Positions 25,187 to 37,872 of a stretch of DNA of 64,000 bases are shown in pieces. Under the pieces are notes generated by a model. That model saw only the letters and a program-made list of their open reading frames with translations. It searched no databases and was not told the DNA's origin. This stretch comes from Selaginella moellendorffii. Lineage: Eukaryota; Plantae; Lycopodiophyta. How positions within the stretch are numbered: the first letter of the stretch is position 1; the number at the start of each line of letters is the position of its first letter. The DNA is taken from positions 439,261 to 503,260 of the forward strand of contig NW_003314312.1 of NCBI RefSeq assembly GCF_000143415.4, written 5' to 3'. The position numbers and the translations under genes were made by a program.

Positions 25187-25750
25187 TGTAAGGCTCCTGA
25201 GTTTGGACTTCCCGGGAGGTCACCCAGCCCAGTACTATTCAAACCCAAGGACACTTAACCCCAAGTATCCCAAGACCCTTAACCGATTGGAAAAGGGGGT
25301 GCACTCTTATTCATGGGCCCTTTCCCTCTATATTTGCCAACGGATCGTCTCTCGAGTCGTTCCCTTTGGTTGCTTATAATCCACCACGCTTCCCTGCAAG
25401 TTCACGCCCTCGTGAATGGAAGCTGAGAGCCGCAGCTCTCCCGAGAGCCCCGCTCTCTTGACACCCTACCCCTCGGGTCGAGCCCAGTAGGAGCAAACTG
25501 GACCAGCCAGATGTCAATCAACATGTGGTGTGATTCCCTTAGCCAAGCAACAGAGTCAGACTCGAGACCCCTCTGATACCAAATGTAAGGCTCCTGAGTT
25601 TGGACTTCCCGGGAGTAACAATGTAACCCCAAGTATCCCAAGACCCTTAACCGATTGGAAAAGGGGGTGCACTCTTATTCATGGGCCCTTTCCCTCTATA
25701 TTTGAACCCCAACGGATCTTCTCTCGAGTCGTTCCCTTTGGTTGCTTACA
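25187..25750 (-). mobile_element. Cassandra-type TRIM (564 bp) with 5S rRNA-derived LTR segment
   Basis: LTRs 25187-25378 and 25584-25750; 5-bp TSD TCTGG; PBS TGGTATCAGAG on minus strand (25571-25581); 25205-25260 reads GGTTAAGTGTCCTTGGG...TAGTACTGGGCTGGGTGACCTCCCGGGAAGTCC on the minus strand. Confidence 0.9.
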
Positions 25751-25903
25751 TCTGGACACAAAGTCACCGCGCTAGTCACCATGCCCCAGATATGTCTAGC
25801 CCCTGGACAAAAAACATATAATTTCACGTCATTTTCAAATACTTGAAAATTTGTACCTAGTCCCATTTTACTGAATAAATCCCACTTTAACGAAATAGAG
25901 CTT

Positions 25904-26523
25904 CCATGAGGCCCGCGTAGGGCCACGGTGTTCCGAAATGTTGTCCCAAAGTCCCAGACTGTGGAAGGAAGAGGAATAACCCTCTGGTGTGGTAACCAAG
26001 GACATAGTCGCACGGTGAGGCAGTCCCAAAGGCCAGTGGACTTAGCGGTCAAGCCTGTGGGCCTTGATCTAGTGGCAATATTGACGAACACGGCCATGGA
26101 CGGAAAGGGACTGGGTGGGGACCGGAAAAGAGATATTAAGGAAGGCTATTCCCCATGTCTACGGGCATCCTAAGGATGCTAAGGAGTGGATCTGGGATGA
26201 TCACTCATGGACGGATGACCCAGTCTTTGAGAGACGAGATTGTAAAGCAGGTGGTGTTGGACCACCAGTATGACCAAGGTAAATGGGCATGGCCTTAACG
26301 TAACAGGCTGATACGTCGGTGGTACCTTGGGGTGTTGATCATGGGATCAGACACGTGGAGCACTTGGACCAAGTGCTAAGGTTGAGTGGCATGGATGCCA
26401 TTCTCAGGGCTATCAAACCCCAAGTCTTGAATTGGACTCATGGAGGTCGTGAAAAAGACTCCTCCAAGTGGTCAGAGATGTGGTTAAGTGACTAAAGTAG
26501 AATGGAAAAATTAGTCGCTTACA
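25904..26523 (+). mobile_element. 3' part of a family A LTR, cut by Sola-like copy 2
   Basis: Closely matches 3722-4343. Confidence 0.85.
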
Positions 26524-29009
26524 GTAGCCTGAAAGGGATGTTGACTTTTGAGGCTAAGGCAATTGAGTTGGATAGAGTCTGGAATTGGTGTAGAAAAGTG
26601 GTTGTTGCGCTTTTCTAAAAAGGTGACCCTTATGCCTTTCTTTTAACGTTGTGCTTAGTGGCAGGTTGCACATTGCATTTCGTTAAGACTCTATGAGAGT
26701 AGTGAGCTCTCACTGATCTTGACTTAGTCTTGGTAGCCCTATGCTTTGGCTGAGGATAGTGATGTTCAACTTAGTTGTTTGAGGTTGAGATGTTGGTACC
26801 TGTACTATAGCTTTGTCTATGAGGAGGTTGTGTACTGACATGAGTCCATCTCATGGTCTTCACTTTAGTTTCGACTGAGTGTTGATCATGCATAACTAGC
26901 CTCTTCAAGGCATGCTCAGAGCTGTTAGCTAAATACATTGGTGAGTTTATCGCAATTGAGTTGGATTCGAGTGGTCATTTAGTTCATGTTTGTCTATGAA
27001 CCTATATCTTGTGCCTGGGGTATTACGTTCATCTTAGACATGTATATGACTCGATGACATTAGTTTAGTGTTGGGTCTTGTGAAGGCAAGTTGAAGAGTG
27101 ATTATTAGTTGCTTTGTGACTAGTGAGTACTTGTAAACTTTGCTAAGGACTGTTGACACTTGCTTCACTCAATGATGATTTAGCAGTGATGGGCTTGCTT
27201 TTTCGGATGGTGTTGCGGAGGATTATGTCATTAGACTTACACGGGTTTTCCATGTTGGCATATCGACTCTACCTTTATCGATATCATTTAGTTGCATTTA
27301 GTCCGTAGTGTTGGATTTCATGTAGTCTTGGATATGGAGAATCACTCCTTTATTGTTGAAGAATTAGTCTCAGATACTGAGTAAAATATCTTCAACTTTG
27401 GTTAGCTTGGTTGCTAAAGAGTTTTTGAGTGGTGATTCACTCTTGCTTTCTTCTAACTTATTATGGTGTTGATGGCATTGAAGTGATGCCTTATCGTTGA
27501 TATTGTTGATGTTGAGATTCAAGTGAAATGAGATGTCTCTCCGTAGGATTGATATTGAATTTCATTAGTGTTTGATGAATATAGTGTTGATGATTTGGCT
27601 ATTGCTTTGTGTTATTGGCATTTGTGCATTCGCTAGTTAGCAACTATATTGACGTTCAATGAACTGAATGACAAGTTTAAACTTAGTTGTGATTTGGACG
27701 AGATTGTTTAGTAGGGGTTAAGCTTTGGCTTTTCCTTGAAAAGTGATTTAGTCGTAAATGACACTAACTCTAGAGTTAATGATTGATATTGGAATATTTG
27801 AATTCTTATTGGTTTTGAGTTGGAATATATCGATCATTGATGATTTTTCTTGTGCTTGTTATAAAGTGAGTTATGCCTTGCTATAAATGGATTCATGGAG
27901 GATCGTTTGGTGATCACTTGTTAAGCATAGCTTCATTGTGCTTAGCTTTTGGATTGATACAGTTCATTAGTTTTGATATTATGAAGTTTTACTTATGGAT
28001 GTGTTGAGAAGAATATTATGGGTTGTACCATGATTTCTTCTTTAGTATTGAAATTAGTTCATGCGAGACTTGTGATCATTATTAGGCAAGACTTGGCTAT
28101 AGGCTTTTTTGAGTTTTTGGTTCCTTGAGTTTTCATGCTCAATGTTCCATTTGTTAGAAGTTGTTGGGAAGGCATTTTGGCTCATAACTTCAATGATTGA
28201 AGTTAATAGTTGCATCTAGCAATCATTGGTAATGATTAACTATCATCTAGGATAATTGAATATCCTTATCAAAACTTTTGCTTGATTATTATTAATATGA
28301 AATGATTTGCCATTCTTCGGGATGGTGGATTTCTTCTTCAATAATGATTATGCATCTCTTTTTTGATGGGATGATTGATGATCTTTCATGATGGTTAATT
28401 ATGTTATATGATGGCTTATGGCTTTTTGCATTACCACATGTTTTTTGTGATTTGCTTTGGATTGGTCTCTTAGGTTTGAGACATCAATAGGATGTTGCCG
28501 ACACTTGCTTAAGCAATTTGAGTTCCTTTGTATTGTTGACCAAGATCTATTCAGATTGACTTCTATGATAATTGGCATAAATGGGTGTTTGTTGGTCTTA
28601 CCACATTCATTCTGTTCTATTGATTGTTGCTTGAGTTAGTTCTGATAGGTTGGGATGTTATTTCCTTCAGGTGATACATTCGCAAGCATTTTGCTTGTTG
28701 GTTAATGATACTTTGTGTTCTTTGAGTTATCTTTAGTGAGTTGTTTAGCATGCTATCTACAATCTTCAGTAGTTAAGTTTTCTCATTGAATTTATTTGAT
28801 GATGTACTTGCTATTGAATTTTGTTGGATGGTGAATCCTATGTTTTCCAATGATAGTGATCTTGGTGGTTTCTATCCTATAATACTAGTTTATCGGATGA
28901 TAACTTATTTGGAATACTTCTGTGTTCTAATTTAAGCTTTATTCACTGATAATTAAGTCTCTCAGATATCATTATTTAATGACTTTGATATTGTCCATCT
29001 ATTGATCTT

Positions 29010-30440
29010 TGAACTTGGGCTAGTATAGGCAAACTAGCTTCACCACTTCGTGTGCATGGTGAAATCTTTAGTCATGGGGTAGCTACTATCGACTAGTCAC
29101 ATAACCCGCCTCTCTGTCGATGTTCCTTATTCTATTTTAAAAGGGCGTGACCATGTAAACAACTCTAATTGCCTGTTTACAGTAGTCTATCTAAACCTTA
29201 CTGACGGGTCTGGTTTCTTTGCTCATGAGGGTTGGGGCCTCTGGCTTCTCTCTCTATGTCCTTGCAGGCAGGGGCGTATCACACTTTTGTAAGCTGAGTG
29301 ACACCCAAAGCAGCAAGGGTGGCTAACTCCGTTGGTCATTTCCTTATCGGCAACAGCCAGAAGATGTCTGAGATGGTAGCGCATCCGCATTAAACAAAGA
29401 GGTTGCCTCATAACTCATTTAAGTTGGTGCATTTCTCACATAATGTGAATACCGTGATTTTTTTCTGAAGTTGTTTCCTTGGCGGTATTCTAGACTGGAA
29501 TATGCATCGACAAGGACGTCGATCTTCCCTAGGGGGGGAGAGTGTCGCAAATGTGATTTCGGGTATCGAAAGTTACCTGTCGGCTAGTCCTTACAGATAC
29601 TCTTTCTTTACTACCACGATGGCAGGAGGTCAGTATTGCTGGACCCTTTATTAGTCCCTTTTTTTCAAGTGTTAGTAAACTGGACTTTGCATCTGTACTT
29701 GACCGGATGAGCATAAGGACGAAATTCCTAAGTGTCTATTTAGCCAAACATACTTGGCCCAGCTTTTTAGTTCTCTTTTGCTTTGTCTTGCACTGGCTTG
29801 ACAAGAACCCTCACATATTGAGATTGGTCCCTAAATATCACTGGATGATAGCTTATTGTGTTTGCCAAACACCCTCACTATCATGCCCTTTGTGTTAGTC
29901 TCATTTCGATCCCAAATACTATTTATAGAAAGTGTCTAGATTTGCTCATTTGGCATATCTACAGAATGTAGAGATTGGCCTGAACACAATAGTGTTCGTC
30001 CCGTGTCCAAATTCACAATCTAGTGCTATTCCATATTTAATAAGTTTCAAGCTTGTCCCAAAGACTAACTCCTGATACTAAGGGAGGCTTGGGGTGAAAG
30101 CCCAAAGCGTGTGTTCCTCAAGGGGGGGGGCGGGGGGGGGGGGGAAGGGGGGCTTGTGGGGGGTTCCAAATGTATAGTAGGGATAGTGGGTAGGTTGAGC
30201 ATGGCTGACTAACTTGAGGTATAGTTTAGCTCATGTTTGTGTGTTTGTCCTTGTTTTGCGTCCATCTTGGGTCTAAGCCTAAGCTCCAGACCATGCTAGC
30301 TAGTAGAGTACCATGTCCTTGTGTTAGGCCAGCAGTATGCCGAAATAGGGCTAGACTCCATTTGGCTCCGTTTTGCATGCTAGTCCTAGCAATGGGGTGT
30401 CATTGCTCTAGGTTGTCCAAATCGCTTCGGGCTCCTGTCC
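29010..30440 (+). mobile_element. Diverged LTR-like repeat (family B)
   Basis: Colinear with ~38640-40015, including the G-run region; boundaries approximate. Confidence 0.65.
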
Positions 30441-30709
30441 CTTCGCTCCTTAGGCTGTATGCTCGGGAGTTGCTCCATAGTTTGGTTCCGTCACTCCTTG
30501 GCTCCATGCTTAGGAGTTTGGCACCGTTCCTTTGTTCAATGGCCCAAGGCCCTAAACCTTGGGTTCCACACCACTGTCCTTTGGACATGTGGCATGTGAC
30601 ATATGGCATATAACACGTGGCACATAGAGGGTTTAGGCTCTGTTTCGTGGTTATCCTATGGTAAATTACTATAGGATAAAGGGTTAAAACCACGTGTGCT
30701 ACATCTGGC

Positions 30710-32668
30710 AACGTTTAGCACTATGATAGATAGAATATTCGGAGATTCTTTGGATGCATTTGTTGTCTTATATATCGACGATATTCTGGTCTTTAGTGAG
30801 ACGTTGGAGGATCATTTGAAACACTTGGAGCTAGTGTTTCAAAAGTTGCGCGAACACAAATTGTATGCTAAGGAAAGTAAATGTGCTTTTGGACAATTAT
30901 GCATAAACTTTCTCGGACATATAATTGGTGGTGGCGTAATTGAGGTTGATCCAAAAAAGGTGGAAGTGGTGAAGTCCTGGGAAGTCCCGACCACTGTATC
31001 AGATGTTTGTTCCTTTCTCGGTTTGGCGGGATACTATCGTAAGTTTGTCCGCAATTTTGCAAGAATTGCTCTTCCGTTGACTGAGTTAACGAAGAGTAGT
31101 ATTCCATTTCATTAGACACCATCTTGTCAGTGTGCTTTTGTACGATTGAAGGAGATCTTGATGACAGTTCCTGTTCTCAGGATCCCAAATCTTGATAAAC
31201 CCTTCAAAGTGCATTGTGATGCGTCTGGCTATGCTATTGGTGCCATGTTGCAACAAGATTGTGATAAAGCGATTGGTGTTACACTAAGGTGACATAGTTG
31301 TCCCATTGCATTCTATTCCAAAAAATTGGATGAAACTCAACGAAGATGGCCAACACATGAGAAAGAGATGTTTGCTATAGTGTCGGCCCTAGAACACTGG
31401 AGACACTACTTGGGTGGACACACCAAGGTTTATATAGATAGTAACACACTAAGCTACTTTGCTACGCAGCCTAAGTTTACACCGAAACAGGCTCGTTGGC
31501 AAGAGAAGCTTGTTAGATATGATATTGAAATCATATATAAACCTAGTAAAGACAATATTGTCCCGGATGCATTGAGTCGTCAAGCTCAGTTCTAGGCAAT
31601 ATCGGCAATTAGTTCGGACTGGTTAGAGGATGTTCGGGCTTCATACGGAAGTGATCCATTGGCGAAAGCAATCTTGCACCGTGCAGAGTTGTTGAAGCAA
31701 GACGCTGCTAGCGAAGCAGCGAAAGTTGCTAGTCGAACCAATGTGAAGCTTCACTTCTCAATTTGGGATGGGCTTATATTCTATAAGCAAGAAAGATTGT
31801 ATCTTCCCTCTAAGGATTTGCAGCAGTTGTTTCTGCGGGAACATCATGATGTTCTAACAGCAGGATATGGTGGAAAGCAGAAGATTCTAGCTTCATTGAA
31901 AAAGGGATTTTTTTGGTCTGGTATGGAAGGTGATGTAGCGGACTATGTCTGTTCCTACCCTATATGCCAGCAATGTAAGCGCAGAACTGAGAAGCAGGCT
32001 GGAAAGTTGCAGTGTATTCCAGCACTAGCATGGCCATTTCAAAGTGTGACACTTGATTTCACTTGCTTTCCGAAGTCTAAGGGTTATGATACTTTGATGG
32101 TGGTTGTGGATCGGTTGTCGAAGATTGCACACTTCATTCCAACTGTGGGAACAGTAAATGTGAAACAAGCAGCAAAGCTCTTTTTCCATGAAGTAGTGCA
32201 GGTTCGTGGTCTTCCTAAAGAGATGATCTCGGATAGAGATTCAAGGTTTACGAGGAAGTTTTGGGGCACATTGTTCTAGCTGTTTGGTACTAAGTTGAAG
32301 TTTAGTATAGCTTATCATCCTCAAACTGATGGGCAGACCAAACGTGTGAATGCTCAAGTTGAGGATTATCTGTAGTACTATGTCACAGCGGACCAACGTG
32401 ACTGGGTTGAGCATTTGGATACAGTAAAAATTTGTTATAACAACACATTTCATAGCACTATAGGCTGTTCTCCATGGGAGATGCTACAAGGGAATGCTCA
32501 TGGGGTGTCTCAACAGATTGTTGTACCGAAACCAATGACCAAAGTGTTGGTCCCAGCCGTTGAGACTTATGCAGAGCAGCTACGCCAAGGTTGGTTTAGA
32601 GCTACTAAGGTGATGGGCAAAGCTCAGGATAGGTATCGGTATGATAAGGATCAGCATTGTCAGGATAT
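30710..32668 (+). pseudogene. Degenerate Ty3/Gypsy pol (RT, RNase H, integrase), host of the nested element
   Basis: YIDDIL, FLGLAGYYRKF, CDASG, EKEMFAIV, VVDRLSK, ISDRD; multiple stops; resumes at 38266. Confidence 0.9.
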
Positions 32669-33077
32669 TGTCAGGAATCCCCCAATTCTTGCCACATTCC
32701 TGACTCTCGCCGGATTCCTGACCTGCAGACCACATTCCTGACTCTCGAGACACTTCCCTATTCCTGACTCTCGAGACACTTCCCTATTCCTGACTCTCGA
32801 GACACTTCCCTATTCCTGACTCTCGAGACACTTCCCGATTCCTAAGTCTTGAGCCATATTCCTGATGATGGCGCCTCCTCGACCTTAGCTATATTTAGGC
32901 CGTCCTCAATCCAAGAGTGGTGGAGCTTCATCAACCTATAGTATATATAGGTTAGCCTTGTTCCATTTCTCCACAATTTGAATCAACACCAGTCTAAGGC
33001 CTCTTCTTTGTTTCCACTAACTTTTTCTCTTTGTCTTTTTACATTTTCCAGTCTTGATCTTGTCAGGGGTCTTGACA
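32669..33077 (+). repeat. 5' LTR (409 bp; four ~26-bp internal units)
   Basis: Near-identical to 37873-38260. Confidence 0.95.
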
Positions 33078-33176
33078 GTTTGATTCAGATTGTGTTTTTT
33101 TTGTTTTTTGATTTAGCTCGTCTTGATTGTTTGATTACCTTTGCCTTTTTTCCCCCTTTTTTCTTTCTTCTTGCCG

Positions 33177-34148
33177 ATGAAGTCTCCAAGTCATCCTGAT
33201 TTCTTTGCTGAAGTCCTTGCAAAAATCCAGTCTGAGAATATCGAGTTGAAGGCGACCCTTCTTCGCATGCAGCAGGAACTTGCTTCACTTTCGGCTCAAG
33301 GATCCAGCAAAGTTCCTGAACCGAAGGTGAGTTTCCCGGCGAAATTTTCAGGCAAGCGTTTGGAGCTTCGCGGATTCCTGAACCAGATGGAATTGATCTT
33401 CGCACTTCAACATCGGCGGTACCCCACTCCCGAGTCTCAAATCGGTGCGATTGGGATGTTGCTCGAAGGTGCAGCCTTGTCATGGTTTTCTCCTCTTCTG
33501 GAGAAGAGCATGAAAGGGGTCGTGGTTCCGGAGCTGATGGATCTTCAATTGTTCAAAGAGAAGCTCGAAGCATGTTTTGGCGAGACGGATCGGGTTCGGG
33601 CTGCTACCACAAAGATGAGACGTCTCTCTCAGGGGTCTTGTCCTGCCTCGATCTACGCTGCAGAGTTCCAACTCCTTGCTTTGGACACTCAGTGGGATGA
33701 GCAGGCCCTGATTGACCAATTTCGTTTCGGCCTCAACAACGGTGTCAAGGATTTGTTGCTCACCATGGAGGATCCCAAGGACCTGTCGGATGCCATCAAC
33801 AAAGCTGTTCGATGTGACAATCGTCTCTTTGAACGTCGTCAGGAAAGCCGCCGCGCCGCTGTTTTTCCATCCCAGACTCAGGAATCCCAGCTTGAGTCTT
33901 CGGGGCATACTCCTGAACCTACTGCTCCAGTTCCGATGGATATTTCTGGTACTCCCCAACTCATTAGAGGGAAGTTGAGTCCTGCTAAGAAGCAATGTCG
34001 AATATCTCATAATCTTTACCTCTATTGTGCTGATCCTAATCACAAAGCAGCTGTATGTCCCAAGAAGCCTCCCCGACTGCTCGAGTTCACTCTGCCTCAA
34101 AGTCCACCTCTATTGCAGTCGGGAAACGACCCTATCCAAACAGAGTAG
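33177..34148 (+). CDS. gag: Gag (PEG10/Ty3-like capsid, degenerate zinc knuckle)
   Basis: PAKFSGKR..LRGFLNQ, LEGAALSWF, QGSCPASIYAAEF, FRFGL, PVPMDI, LYCADPNHKAAVCP; open frame. Confidence 0.85.
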   Translation: MKSPSHPDFFAEVLAKIQSENIELKATLLRMQQELASLSAQGSSKVPEPKVSFPAKFSGKRLELRGFLNQMELIFALQHRRYPTPESQIGAIGMLLEGAALSWFSPLLEKSMKGVVVPELMDLQLFKEKLEACFGETDRVRAATTKMRRLSQGSCPASIYAAEFQLLALDTQWDEQALIDQFRFGLNNGVKDLLLTMEDPKDLSDAINKAVRCDNRLFERRQESRRAAVFPSQTQESQLESSGHTPEPTAPVPMDISGTPQLIRGKLSPAKKQCRISHNLYLYCADPNHKAAVCPKKPPRLLEFTLPQSPPLLQSGNDPIQTE

Positions 34149-37100
34149 GAGCTGTCTGTTTGGACTCCCCAAATAAAAATCACTTTTCTTCTTTATCAAG
34201 CTCCTCACCACCTTTCATCAAAGCCACCACCAATTCCCGCAACTTCCGCGTCCCATGTCTCCTTTCTTTCACCGGACAATCAGGACTCAAGGCTCTGGCG
34301 CTACTGGACTCAGGTGCAACTTCCTGCTTCATGGACACGGACTTTGCTGCCTGACATCACGTTCCTCTTTCTCCTACCATACGGGATTTGAGGGTTGAAG
34401 GCATCGGCGGGCATTTTGTGTCTCCATCTTCTGGACTTAGGGAAACATTGCCCGTTCCAGTACACATCGGGTCCACCATCACCGATATCGCCTTCAACAT
34501 CATCAACAACAAGTCCTCCTCTATGGTGCTCGGTCTTCCTTGGTTCCAACTACATCAGCCTCAGATCTGTTGGAAGGAATTACAGCTCATCTCTCCCACG
34601 GCTTCCCCTGCTGTTCATCGAGTCCGAATCAGGAATTGGGGTTTTGTTCCTGACTCTACAAAGTTTTCACCCTCTTCTTTTCCCTCTCTTCCATCTTACA
34701 CTGGACCGTATCCTCGTCGCATCATTCCATTTAGTCATACGCCTCCTCCTATCTCCACAATCACTATGAAAGAACTCCTTCATGAAGAACCTCTTTTCCT
34801 TTTTGCTTTGCATGTTTCTCCTGTCAGTCTTCCTGAGAAGTATCATGATTTTGGGGATGTGTTTGACAAGAAAAAAGCTAGTGTACTGCCTGTTCATCGG
34901 CCTTATGATTGTCCCATTGATTTACAGGAAGGAGCATCACCTCCATGGGGGCCTATCTACGGGTTATCCCCGTCCGAGCTTAAGGCCCTCAAAGAGTACG
35001 TGGATGAGAACCTTGCCTCGGGCTACATTCAGCATTTGCAGTCCCCGGCTGGAGCGCTTGTCTTCTTTGTCAAGAAGAAGGATGGGAGCTTGCGGCTAGT
35101 CATTGACTACCGAGGTTTGAACAAGGTGACTATTCAGAACCGTTATCCGCTGCCCCTGATCTCGGACCTGTTGGAACGCCTTGGCGGTGCCCGCTTCTTC
35201 ACCAAGATCGACCTCCGTGGAGCATACAACCTGATCCGGATCCGGCCTGGTGATGAATGGAAGACTGCGTTCCGAACCCGCTATGGCCACTTTGAGTACA
35301 CTATCATGCCATTTGGCTTGACAAATGCTCCAGCAGTTTTCCAACACATGGCGAACGATGTCTTTCGGGAGTTTCTTGATCAGATGGTGATCGTCTACCT
35401 CGATGACATCCTCATCTACTCAAAAACTTAGGAGGAGCACGACGAACATGTACGCAAGGTGCTAGCGAAGCTGCGAGAACACGGCCTATACGCGAAGCTT
35501 GAGAAATGCTCGTTTGATCAGCAGTCTGTGGAGTTCCTTGGGTACATTGTCACTCCTGAGGGTATCACGATGGATCCTGCCAAAGTCAAGACTATTCTCG
35601 AATGGGAGCCTCCACAATCAATGTCAGACGTTCAAGTTTTCCTTGGCTTCGCCAGCTTCTACCACAAATTCATTGATCACTACTCTGACATTGTCCTTCC
35701 TCTCACGCATCTCACTCGCAAGGATGTTCCCTTCTCTTGGTTTGCTGTTGCCCAGCAGGCCTTCGACACACTCAAGGTGGCCTTCAGTTCTGCTCCCGTC
35801 TTGATCCATGCTGATTCCTCACAACCTTTCTTCATCAAGGCTGACGCCTCCGACTTTGCCATTGGAGCTGTGCTGTCTTAACTCGGAGTGGATCACGAAC
35901 TTCATCCGGTCGCTTTCCATTCTCGAAAATTCCAGCCTGCAGAGATCAATTACGAAATCCACGACAAGGAGCTCCTTGCCATTGTGGATTCCTTTGGAGA
36001 GTGGCGTCGTTTCTTGGAGGGGGCGGACCATCAAACAATAGTCTGGACGGATCACAAAAATCTCGAGTACTTTGCCACTTCCCGAGTTTTGAGCCGTCGT
36101 CAAGCAAGGTGGGCACAATTCCTGAATCGGTTTGACTTTGTTATCAAGTACAGACCTGGAAAGCTTCAAGGCCTTCCTGATGCTCTTTCAAAGAGCTCCT
36201 ATCTCAGTCTCAGGCCTGGTAATCCTGCCTTCGATCAACAGGATCAAGTTATCCTCGGTCCTGATCGGCTTCAAGTTATGGCAATTTCCCTGGCCCCTCA
36301 GGACTCCTCCTTGATGGATGCAATCAGAAACGATCTCCAATCTGATGACCTCGCCAGCGATATTTTCACCCATCTTCAGGCTGGACACCCAGTGACTCCC
36401 GACTGCCGGCGATTTGACGAGTTCGAGTTCTTAGATGGTTTATTGTACTGTGGGGAGCAGCTTTACGTTCCTGAAGGTGATGCTCGAAGGTTGGTCCTGA
36501 TGGCGTGCCACGATAACCCGACTGCTGGTCACTTCGGCATTGCGAAAACCTATGAGCTAGTTGCACAGGACTTTTGGTGGCCTCACATGGATGACTACAT
36601 TAAAGCTTTTGTTACCTCCTGTGACACTTGTGCCTGGAATAAAGTACCTCGCCACCTTCCTTCAGGTTTGCTTCGTTCCCTCCCGGTCCCTTCAGGTCCT
36701 TGGGAATCCATCTCCATGGATTTCTTGAGTGATCTTCCGAGTTCTGGAGGCTTCAACAGTATTTTAGTCGTGGTGGATCGCTTCACAAAGATGGCGCACT
36801 TCTTGCCGTGTACCAAGGAATTTTCGGGCGAGGACATGGCAAAACTGGTATTCAGGGAAATTTTCCGACTTCATGGGATTCCTACATATGTGGTTTCGGA
36901 TCGGGGGCCTCAGTTCATCTCTCATTTTTGGCAACAGTTTTTGCAGCTGCTTGGAGTGAAGGCCAACCTCTCTTCGGCATATCATCCTCAAACTGATGGA
37001 CAGTCCGAGCGAACGATTCAGACGCTAGAACAATTCTTGAGGTGCTTCATCAACTATCATCAGGATAACTGGTTCGATATCCTTCCCCTTGCTGAGTTCT

Positions 37101-37861
37101 CCTATAACAACTCTGTTCACTCCTCTCTTTGAGTTTCCCCCTTCTTTGCAAACTCTAGCCGAAATCCCCGATTCAATCTCTCACTTCCTTCTCCATCTGA
37201 ATCCTCTCGTTCAAATCCTCGCTCTGAGGCATTTATCTCCAACCTCCAGGAAATCCACAACTCCATCTCCTTCCACCTCCATTGTGCTCAGGAATCTCAC
37301 AAAACATTTGCCAATGTCCATCGTCAGGATTGTCCCCCTTACAATATCGGGGATAAAGTCTGGCTCCTCAGGCGAAATATCTCCACCACCAGGCCCTGTC
37401 CAAAACTCGATTTCAAACGCCTCGGTCCTTTTCCTATCACTGCCATCATTAATCCCGTCACTTATCGCCTTGCACTTCCCTCCTCATATCAAATTCACCC
37501 CATTTTTCACTCCTCTCTCCTTGAGCCTTATATTCCCAGTCCTATTCCAAATCGGGTCATTCCTCCGCCTCCACCAGTGCAGCTCGAGGATGGGTCTGAG
37601 TACGAGGTTCAGGACATCCTTGATTCCAAGATTTCACGGTCTAAACTCTACTATTTGGTCAACTGGAAGGGTTACGGACCTGAGGAATGCACTTGGGAAC
37701 CTGCGGACAACCTGATTCATTCTCCTGACCTTGTTCAAGACTTCCACCGCCGCTATCCTTCTCGTCCCAGTCCTCATTCTTTTTCTCCATCTCCCATCCC
37801 TCGCCGCTCATCTCATCCTCCTCTTCGTTCTCGTTCACATCCTCGTTCCACTCGTTCTTGA
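34121..37861 (+). pseudogene. pol: Pol (protease, RT, RNase H, integrase, chromodomain) in the -1 frame, four premature stops
   Basis: LLDSGAT, YLDDIL, DASD, VVDRFTK, VSDRG, YEVQDILD...YLVNWKGY...TWEP; stops at 34352, 35429, 35879 and 37130. Confidence 0.9.
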
Positions 37862-37872
37862 GGAGGGGGTGC

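Larger units (their letters stand above)
18113..25903 (+). mobile_element. Sola-like transposon, copy 2 (inverted relative to copy 1, one end lost)
   Basis: Near-identical reverse complement of parts of copy 1; TIR at 25880-25903 abuts CCAT of a family A LTR; homology stops at 18113. Confidence 0.9.

Noticed and set aside
25205-25260. 5S rRNA gene
   Set aside because: Only the internal control region is present, embedded in a TRIM LTR.
18113-25903. Copy 2 as a simple inverted segmental duplication or misassembly of copy 1
   Set aside because: It has unique internal segments, scattered substitutions and a different flank exactly at the TIR.
2706-26523. One intact LTR element spanning both Sola-like copies
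   Set aside because: Plausible, but the flanks (GCATC versus GTAGC) do not form a clean TSD and the left boundary is uncertain.
30122-30163. G-quadruplex as a functional element
   Set aside because: The run length differs from the homologous LTR at ~39714, and homopolymers are unreliable.
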